IMG/VR virus record: IMGVR_UViG_3300045972_000140
Coordinates: 1-64,000 of that record
Length of the DNA stretch: 64,000 nucleotides
Direction: 5' to 3' (one strand)
Origin: a virus
Made by a program: the position numbers and the translations under genes
The notes under the pieces: model-generated
Databases searched by the model: none
The model's input: only the letters and a program-made list of their open reading frames with translations
What the model was told of the DNA's origin: nothing
Shown here: piece after piece, positions 18,711 to 24,136 of the stretch
Position numbering within the stretch: position 1 is the stretch's first letter
Layout of the letters: each line of letters opens with the position of its first letter

Positions 18711-18783
18711 ATAAAACTAACACCCTAGGTACACCACTGCTCCTTGTTATCAGGTTCCCTTGCTGTTACGCAAGTGCATTTAC

Positions 18784-19101
18784 TTATGCTATGTGTATAG
18801 GTTCGACTATTTCTACAATAGTCATATTTTTTGCTGTATACCAAAGTCCACCTTGTGACTCTGGTCTTACGTGCGATGTATAATTGGTAAACTTTACCTT
18901 TGCCCAAACACGATCTTTCTTACTAAGATGTGGGGCATTCATTTCAGAACAAATATGCCAACCCGGCCTAAACGCAAACCCTTTTGTCAAATGTTCTTCG
19001 GCAACATACTTTGCGCCTATAACAAGTTTCTGTTTACGATTAATAAACAGTGGACCTAGGGTGCCATCTTTTCTTTGTCTAAAAAGTTTGTAACCAATCA
19101 T
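18784..19101 (-). CDS. Hypothetical phage protein
   Basis: 105 aa, YKLFR...PLFIN...RPGWH. Confidence 0.75.
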   Translation of the reverse strand: MIGYKLFRQRKDGTLGPLFINRKQKLVIGAKYVAEEHLTKGFAFRPGWHICSEMNAPHLSKKDRVWAKVKFTNYTSHVRPESQGGLWYTAKNMTIVEIVEPIHIA

Positions 19102-19112
19102 ACTTTCTTTCT

Positions 19113-19189
19113 TGGAGCGGATAACCGGATTCGAACCGGTACTTTCAGTTTGGAAGACTATCGTGCTAACCGTTAAACACTATACCCGC
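19113..19189 (-). tRNA. tRNA-Gly(TCC)
   Basis: CT TCC AA loop, U73. Confidence 0.9.
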
Positions 19190-19252
19190 AAAATAAAATC
19201 ATCGATAGCGGCCCTAGGATACTCACCTATATCGTGCATATCGATTTTGTAA

Positions 19253-20275
19253 TTAAATGTTAGCCCAAACTAACACATTTGTATTTTTAACCAACTTACG
19301 GTTTGTAGACGTAGATTGAATAAAGATCTCATATTGACCATGTTGTCCGGGTGCAAGTTTGCAGGTACCGGTTTGTGGCAAGCCCAGCATATCTCTGGCT
19401 GCAAAACCGCTATAAACCGCACCCTTTTGCTTGTCTCGAATGGCAATTTGCTTGTAGTCCTGCACTTCTTCAGTTTTGTTCAACTGATAAAATGCACAAC
19501 CTTTAGTAAATGTAACGCCCTGCGCTTGCACAAAGTCGCGGATTTGAACACCATCGTTGTTGCTACCAACAACGTAAACATCGACTTGACTTGAAACATC
19601 AACCAATGCTTGCTTCACTTCTGTAAGAGAAACCTTGCTCAAATCGGCATAGAACTTGTCGGTGCTCTTTACGCCGGTAGCACGAGCAGCATAGAAATCT
19701 TTAACTGCTGTACGAGTAGCAACGGATGCTGCCTGAACACCGCGTGTAGTTTGTTCCCATTCGAGAATATTACCTTCAGGGATACCGTAGTTAATCAATG
19801 AACGCTTGCCGCCACGTGGAACGCGAAAAACAAATGTCCAACGATCAGTGGCTTGCAATTCTTTAATTTTGCGACTAATGGAAGAACCAGACCATTTTTG
19901 CGAAGAATTTTCTTCACCGTCTGTAATAACCATAACAACGAAAGAAACTTCTGGATCTGCAGCATCCGGAACTGCTTGAAGCTGTTCAATCAAATCGCCG
20001 ACGGAATCAAAGAGCGGGGTGGAGTTACCATCAGCAATATAATCACCGTCTGCAATGGCTTCAAGAACCTGTACATTTGAATTGATAACTTCGCGAACAA
20101 CTCGAGCTGGGCGGCCTGCGCCACATTTAACAACACTAACAATAGTGTCAATGCCGTGTTCGATTGCACCTTCTTTAATGGAAGCAATATTATCATTGTA
20201 ATCACGTCCTGCTGCAAGAGCAATACCGTGCATAGAACCGCTATGATCGCGGCTAATTCCTACGTAGTTCTTCAT
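19253..20275 (-). CDS. von Willebrand factor A domain protein with additional C-terminal domain
   Basis: MIDAS DHSGSM, TPLFD, ITDGEEN. Confidence 0.85.
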   Translation of the reverse strand: MKNYVGISRDHSGSMHGIALAAGRDYNDNIASIKEGAIEHGIDTIVSVVKCGAGRPARVVREVINSNVQVLEAIADGDYIADGNSTPLFDSVGDLIEQLQAVPDAADPEVSFVVMVITDGEENSSQKWSGSSISRKIKELQATDRWTFVFRVPRGGKRSLINYGIPEGNILEWEQTTRGVQAASVATRTAVKDFYAARATGVKSTDKFYADLSKVSLTEVKQALVDVSSQVDVYVVGSNNDGVQIRDFVQAQGVTFTKGCAFYQLNKTEEVQDYKQIAIRDKQKGAVYSGFAARDMLGLPQTGTCKLAPGQHGQYEIFIQSTSTNRKLVKNTNVLVWANI

Positions 20276-20304
20276 TTGTGCCTTTCGGGGTTAATATGAA
20301 CTAA

Positions 20305-20333
20305 AGTATAATAGCAATCTATGCTATTGTCAA
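20305..20333 (-). promoter_or_regulatory. Sigma70-type promoter with operator-like palindrome upstream of the vWA gene
   Basis: TTGACA-17nt-TATACT; AATAGCA-N5-TGCTATT at 20310-20328. Confidence 0.7.
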
Positions 20334-20335
20334 AT

Positions 20336-20453
20336 TGGTGTCGCGTGCCTGGATTTGCACCAAGTCCTCTTCCTTGTAATGGAAATTTGAGTTGCTGTAA
20401 GGATCCTTGTCAGGATCGCCTTTTTAAGCGTGCTACTATTACACTACAGCGAC
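20336..20453 (-). ncRNA. tRNA-Val(TAC)-like RNA with a permuted CNGCAA insertion
   Basis: Acceptor, D-arm, ~45-nt insert (GATCCT-GACA-AGGATC-CTTA-CAGCAA), TTCC-AT TAC AA-GGAA, T-arm, ACCA. Confidence 0.6.
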
Positions 20454-20457
20454 ATAT

Positions 20458-20518
20458 TGGACGTCGGGCTTATCATACGAATATGCAACAAGAGTTACAG
20501 GGAATATATGGCCCGGCG
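20458..20518 (-). ncRNA. CCA-ended mini RNA
   Basis: CGCCGGGC...GCCCGACG-T-CCA. Confidence 0.45.
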
Positions 20519-20524
20519 ATAAAT

Positions 20525-20585
20525 TGGAGCAAGGCATTTGTCTATTACATACAAACATAGTTTGTAGATAGCAATAGTACCCGGC
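20525..20585 (-). ncRNA. CCA-ended mini RNA
   Basis: GCCGGGTA...TGCCTTGC-T-CCA. Confidence 0.35.
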
Positions 20586-20592
20586 ATAAAAT

Positions 20593-20669
20593 TGGTGGGA
20601 ATACAGGAATTCGAATCCTGACCTGACGGATTAAGAGTCCGCTATGCTACCTAATAACACCTCATTCCC
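20593..20669 (-). tRNA. tRNA-Lys(CTT)
   Basis: CT CTT AA loop. Confidence 0.85.
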
Positions 20670-20674
20670 AAAAA

Positions 20675-20749
20675 TGGTACTTCCGAACGGTTTCGATCCG
20701 TCTTCTACTGATTGAAGGTCAGTCATCCTAGCCATTAGACGACGGAAGT
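20675..20749 (-). tRNA. tRNA-Glu(TTC), C33 variant
   Basis: ACTGA-CC TTC AA-TCAGT, Glu-type D-arm. Confidence 0.8.
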
Positions 20750-21295
20750 ATTATTCTTACTATATTGATTAATTCCGGACGGATTACCTTTACCTATCCT
20801 GGATTGTCCAGCACATTGCCTAGAACAAAAATTAATCTTTTTTCTTAATCTTTCTTTTGAATTTGTAAATATCGACTTACTACATACACCACATACTAAT
20901 GTATACTTTGGTTTGTAATTGTCGTATAATTCTACTATATCTGTAAATTTATAATTATCCTTAACCCAATCAAATTGAATTTGTAAATCGTCTTTACGCA
21001 AAATAACTATATTATATCCGTGGAACTTAGCAACATTAGTCTTCTTATCTACAGAATCTTGTTTTTCGTATCCCTTAATTTCTACTATATCTTTCCCGAT
21101 TAAAAAATCTGGATAATACCTAACACCATTGTGTTCTAGTAAATTATCAAATCGACTAAATGCAATATTATTATCAATGCAATGTATAACCCACACTAAC
21201 TCATATGTGGATCCACAATATATGCCTTTATAATATCCTGTCTTAGCTCTTCCAGAACCAGGACGATAACCACCGTGCCCGTTTGCCATTGTCAT
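20735..21295 (-). CDS. Putative PD-(D/E)XK homing-endonuclease-like protein with Zn finger
   Basis: YYPDF...VEIKG, CxxC...CSRQC; sigma70-like promoter at 21324-21352. Confidence 0.6.
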   Translation of the reverse strand: MTMANGHGGYRPGSGRAKTGYYKGIYCGSTYELVWVIHCIDNNIAFSRFDNLLEHNGVRYYPDFLIGKDIVEIKGYEKQDSVDKKTNVAKFHGYNIVILRKDDLQIQFDWVKDNYKFTDIVELYDNYKPKYTLVCGVCSKSIFTNSKERLRKKINFCSRQCAGQSRIGKGNPSGINQYSKNNTSVV

Positions 21296-21353
21296 CTCCG
21301 TTTATGTATTTAGCATAAACTTGATTATATACTGTTCTAAGCAAAATGTAAAA

Positions 21354-21406
21354 AGATAATGTATTCCTCTGCTTGAACTACCAATGCAAAATCTACGACA
21401 CTATCT
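21354..21406 (-). ncRNA. Stem-loop RNA with ATAGTGTCG motif
   Basis: AGATAGTGT...ACATTATCT terminal stem. Confidence 0.4.
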
Positions 21407-21411
21407 AAAAA

Positions 21412-21504
21412 TGGTGGATCCGGGTGGATTTGAACTACCCCAATCACGCTGCATTATCGCTGTTTACCGGCGCCGTATGCGTGAATATACTACCTTAGGA
21501 ACCC
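21412..21504 (-). ncRNA. tRNA-like RNA lacking a D-stem
   Basis: GGGTTC/GGATCC-A-CCA, T-arm, long TCACGC/GCGTGA arm. Confidence 0.5.
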
Positions 21505-21508
21505 AAAC

Positions 21509-21602
21509 TGGCGGGTGCGTCGCGGAATCGAACCGGACCTTCAACACGGTTGGAATGTGCTTCACTAGACTTTCGACATCTAATATACTGCCTTAGTCAC
21601 CC
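21509..21602 (-). ncRNA. tRNA-like RNA lacking a D-stem, paralogue of 21412-21504
   Basis: GGGTG/CACCC-G-CCA, CGG-TTCGATT-CCG T-arm, shared TAAGGYAGTATATT linker. Confidence 0.5.
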
Positions 21603-21608
21603 ATAAAC

Positions 21609-21683
21609 TGGAGTCGCGTACGGGGATCGAACCCGTCTGGTCAGCGTGAAAGGCTGAAGACCTCACCAAAAGTCAAACGCGAC
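21609..21683 (-). tRNA. tRNA-Glu(TTC)
   Basis: TCAGC-CT TTC AC-GCTGA. Confidence 0.88.
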
Positions 21684-21690
21684 ATAAAAC

Positions 21691-21766
21691 TGGTGCCCTA
21701 GAAAGGAATCGAACCTTAAATCGATCGGTTATCAGCCGATTGCTCGAACCATTGAGCTACTGGGGC
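21691..21766 (-). tRNA. tRNA-Ile(GAT)
   Basis: ATCGG-CT GAT AA-CCGAT. Confidence 0.9.
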
Positions 21767-21813
21767 AAAAGACTTGCATAGCTTTCGCCTTGAATGCAAA
21801 TCGTTGCTGAAAT

Positions 21814-21887
21814 TGGTCACCGTGGGTGGAATCGAACCACCGTCTCCCGGGTCCAGGCCGGTTAGTTTACCACTAATGTACACGGAG
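21814..21887 (-). tRNA. tRNA-Pro(TGG), C33 variant
   Basis: CCGG-CC TGG AC-CCGG, C1-G72, A73. Confidence 0.75.
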
Positions 21888-21895
21888 ATAAAACT

Positions 21896-21969
21896 TGGTC
21901 AGGATAGAAGGAATCGAACCTTCGCCACGACGTCCCAAACGTCGCATGATACCATTTCACCACACCCTG
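21896..21969 (-). tRNA. tRNA-Pro(TGG)
   Basis: CGACG-TT TGG GA-CGTCG. Confidence 0.9.
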
Positions 21970-21982
21970 ATAAAAACTAAAA

Positions 21983-22089
21983 CAGAATGCTTTTTTCTCT
22001 ATTGTCGGCTGTGCTACCACTACACTAAACACGGAATCGAACCGTCCCCGCTGATTGGCTTTAAGATTAAAATTTGCTGGAAGCATTCT
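21983..22089 (-). ncRNA. CNGCAA stem-loop RNA enclosing a permuted T-arm/D-arm
   Basis: AGAATGC-TTC-CAGCAA...ACGG-TTCGATT-CCGT...TAGTGTAGTGGTAGCAC...GCATTCT-G. Confidence 0.65.
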
Positions 22090-22198
22090 AAAAATTATTA
22101 AGTAGTGAGCACAGATTCACAGTCTGCTTTTATACTTTTCTAAAAAGATAAGGTAGTGATCGACAATAACTACTCGCTATTGGTTTATACCTTCTAAC

Positions 22199-22274
22199 TG
22201 GTGCTCTTTGAGAGGATCGAACTCCCATCTATGGACTACAAAACCATCATAATCTGCCATTATACTAAAAGAGC
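22199..22274 (-). tRNA. tRNA-Thr(TGT)
   Basis: TT TGT AG loop. Confidence 0.85.
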
Positions 22275-22687
22275 TAAAAACTTTTTCCTTCGGCATATAG
22301 TTGTCGTCTATAATGCCGGCCATTACCAATATTCTTTGCCTTATAAGTCAGTGACTGACTATGACAGTTCGGGCATAGAAGTTCTAAATTATCTTCTATG
22401 TTATTATCGCTATTACCATCTTTGTGTTCTAACTCGAGCGTAATAGGCTTATCCCTCCAGGTGTCATTACTGCAACCTGCACACTTGCCATCTTGTTTCT
22501 TAAAGAAGTATTTGCGTAACCACCCAGCTGTACCACTTACTCTTGTGGTTTTACCAGTCATTTTCCATTCTGCAATAAGCTTATCATATCGTTGATCTGA
22601 TGCACACTGTTTACTACAGTAGACAGCATTTGTCCAATCACTTGATGATTCTTTTTTACAATGGAGACATTGAAATATTTTTGGCAT
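22274..22687 (-). CDS. HNH endonuclease
   Basis: CAGC...LELEHKDGNSDNNIEDNLELLCPNCH; TTGACA-17-TATTAT promoter at 22693-22721 suggests a leaderless start at MPKIF. Confidence 0.88.
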   Translation of the reverse strand: MPKIFQCLHCKKESSSDWTNAVYCSKQCASDQRYDKLIAEWKMTGKTTRVSGTAGWLRKYFFKKQDGKCAGCSNDTWRDKPITLELEHKDGNSDNNIEDNLELLCPNCHSQSLTYKAKNIGNGRHYRRQLYAEGKSF

Positions 22688-22732
22688 ATCACATAATAAC
22701 ACTATTCATATAATATGTCAACGAAAATAAAA

Positions 22733-22789
22733 CAGAGTGCGCTTTTTTACATTATGGAAGTAATTTTTTTAGTTTGCGGTAAACACTCT
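22733..22789 (-). ncRNA. CNGCAA stem-loop RNA copy
   Basis: AGAGTG-TTTA-CCGCAA...CACTCT-G; inner TTAC-T-TC CAT AA-T-GTAA. Confidence 0.6.
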
Positions 22790-22796
22790 TTAAAAC

Positions 22797-22871
22797 TGGC
22801 GCCTCGTAGGAGAATCGAACTCCTGTGCACCACTAGACAGGCGGGCATAATGACCATTATATGAACGAGGC
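22797..22871 (-). tRNA. tRNA-Asp(GTC)
   Basis: CT GTC TA loop, G73. Confidence 0.85.
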
Positions 22872-22881
22872 TTAAAATAAA

Positions 22882-22941
22882 CAGAATGCATTTTTAGTTT
22901 CATTGAAATTGAAGTTTTATAATGTTTGCAGTATGCATTCT
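22882..22941 (-). ncRNA. CNGCAA stem-loop RNA copy
   Basis: AGAATGC-ATA-CTGCAA...GCATTCT-G; inner TTCA-AT TTC AA-TGAA. Confidence 0.6.
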
Positions 22942-22948
22942 TTAGAAT

Positions 22949-23004
22949 TGGCGGGACAGTAGATGTTGCAGAATAAATTCTTTACAGAATTATATTTTTG
23001 TCCC
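22949..23004 (-). ncRNA. CCA-ended mini RNA
   Basis: GGGACA...TGTCCC-G-CCA with inner AATTCTGTAAAGAATT hairpin. Confidence 0.45.
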
Positions 23005-23010
23005 GTAACT

Positions 23011-23085
23011 TGGTGGACCGTAAGGGACTCGAACCCTTTTCCTCTACGTGCAAGGCAGAGATAATACCCCGTATACGAACAGCCC
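23011..23085 (-). tRNA. tRNA-Ala(TGC)
   Basis: CT TGC AC loop, G3.U70. Confidence 0.88.
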
Positions 23086-23098
23086 AAAATTATTTAAC

Positions 23099-23158
23099 AT
23101 ACGGATGCTAACCCGTTTCTTCGTGTAGTTCGACACTATCGGTAGCACCCGAACGTAT
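23099..23158 (-). ncRNA. Stem-loop RNA with ATAGTGTCGAA motif
   Basis: CGGGTGCTA/TAGCATCCG stem enclosing GATAGTGTCGAAC. Confidence 0.45.
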
Positions 23159-23233
23159 TGGTGGAGGCCGAGGGAATCGAACCCTTCTAGACACGATACT
23201 TGCAAGGCATCGCCGTAACCCATTACTGCCCCC
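23159..23233 (-). tRNA. tRNA-Ala(TGC), reduced D-arm
   Basis: CT TGC AA loop, G3.U70, GTAA-TGGG-TTAC D-arm. Confidence 0.7.
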
Positions 23234-23397
23234 AATGTAGGTTTTTGAGAGGCTACCTATCCTTGTTGAAGGGACTCAATAGTTTGTCTCGAATAAGGGA
23301 GATCTTGTTTCTTTCGCGTTAAACCCGTTAGTGTAATACTAGACCTACTACACTCACCGCTACTTACGACTCGAACCTTACCGTCTATCTCAAAATC

Positions 23398-23484
23398 TGG
23401 TGGTGCATATAGGATTCGAACCTATTCATCCTTACGGAAAGAGGGTTACAGCCTCTCACGCCTCTCCAACTGCGTCGCTACACC
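23398..23484 (-). tRNA. tRNA-Tyr(GTA)
   Basis: CT GTA AC loop, long variable arm. Confidence 0.85.
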
Positions 23485-23489
23485 AAATA

Positions 23490-23577
23490 TGGTGGGTACT
23501 ATAGGATTCGAACCTATTCAGGCATAAGCCAACAGTTTTACAGACTGTCACGCACTCTCCAACTTGGTCGCGTACCC
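23490..23577 (-). tRNA. tRNA-Tyr(GTA), second copy
   Basis: CT GTA AA loop, long variable arm. Confidence 0.85.
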
Positions 23578-23629
23578 GTATTTCTTAACACACTGTTTGC
23601 GGCATTACAGCCCATATCAACTCAATGTG

Positions 23630-23702
23630 TATGTTAAAATGCACTGCTGTCCACTTCAGCCAGCGCGCCAGAGGGATTCGAACCCAAGTGCATTTTAACA
23701 TA
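23630..23702 (-). ncRNA. Circularly permuted tRNA mimic on a 16-bp stem
   Basis: TATGTTAAAATGCACT, GGG-TTCGAAT-CCC, GCT-GAAGTGGAC-AGC, AGTGCATTTTAACATA. Confidence 0.6.
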
Positions 23703-23849
23703 ACGGATTTTTTTATCTACAAGAAGATAAGCCATCCCCGTTACCGCCCGTTCATTCCATGTTTATAGTGCAGAATCAGGACCTCGTTTCCTGGGCATAT
23801 AGCTCTTACTTCACACTTTAACCAACCATCACGCTTCACAGCGATCAAC

Positions 23850-23878
23850 AAAAAAGCCACTTAGTTTCCTAGTGGCTT
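23850..23878 (-). terminator. Intrinsic terminator (attenuator) at the head of the tRNA array
   Basis: AAGCCACT-AGGAAACTA-AGTGGC followed by TTTTTTGTT. Confidence 0.85.
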
Positions 23879-23939
23879 CCTTTTATAAATGTTCTGGTTA
23901 CTTTTGTGTTAGTTTCCAGACCCCTTATAGAAGGAAGCC
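23874..23939 (-). promoter_or_regulatory. Antiterminator hairpin overlapping the leader ORF end and the terminator 5' arm
   Basis: GGCTTCCTTCTATAA (23939-23925) pairs 14/15 with TTATAAAAGGAAGCC (23888-23874). Confidence 0.75.
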
Positions 23940-24085
23940 GTAATCGGCGCGTTCATCGGATCGTGTTTAATATTAAATAAACTTGTAGACCCGCCAATGC
24001 TATTCTCGAGCCAATAACCGGCGCAGGCAGTTGTTCGCTGTTGCGACACTACTGTTTGCTGTGTTAATGATTTCAAGTTCAACAT
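23909..24085 (-). CDS. Putative leader peptide (58 aa)
   Basis: MLNLKSLTQQ...SFYKGSGN* lies between the promoters and the terminator; contains all 20 amino acids; weak RBS. Confidence 0.55.
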   Translation of the reverse strand: MLNLKSLTQQTVVSQQRTTACAGYWLENSIGGSTSLFNIKHDPMNAPITASFYKGSGN

Positions 24086-24136
24086 TTCTTTTTCCAAAAT
24101 TCAATTATGTGTAAACGCCTATCGCTTACACAAAGT

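Noticed and set aside
18718-18790. Extra ACAGCAA occurrence
   Set aside because: It lacks the AG...CTG enclosing stem of the family and forms a different local hairpin.
20675-20749. Possible opal suppressor tRNA (TCA visible in the loop)
   Set aside because: The 5-bp stem centres the 7-nt loop CC-TTC-AA on TTC, and the D-arm is Glu-type.
21814-21887. Possible tRNA-Ser(GGA)
   Set aside because: The loop centres on TGG, there is no long arm, and C1-G72/A73 is Pro-type.
10004-22941. CNGCAA elements as simple terminators or CRISPR repeats
   Set aside because: Their loops are long (about 40-90 nt), a single-stranded motif is conserved, and copies are dispersed with one permuted inside a tRNA. 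A processing-signal role is not excluded.
10041-23235. Short ORFs overlapping tRNAs (e.g. 10041-10529, 12250-12534, 18193-18468, 21774-21980)
   Set aside because: They are translations of tRNA sequence or antisense frames with no protein features.
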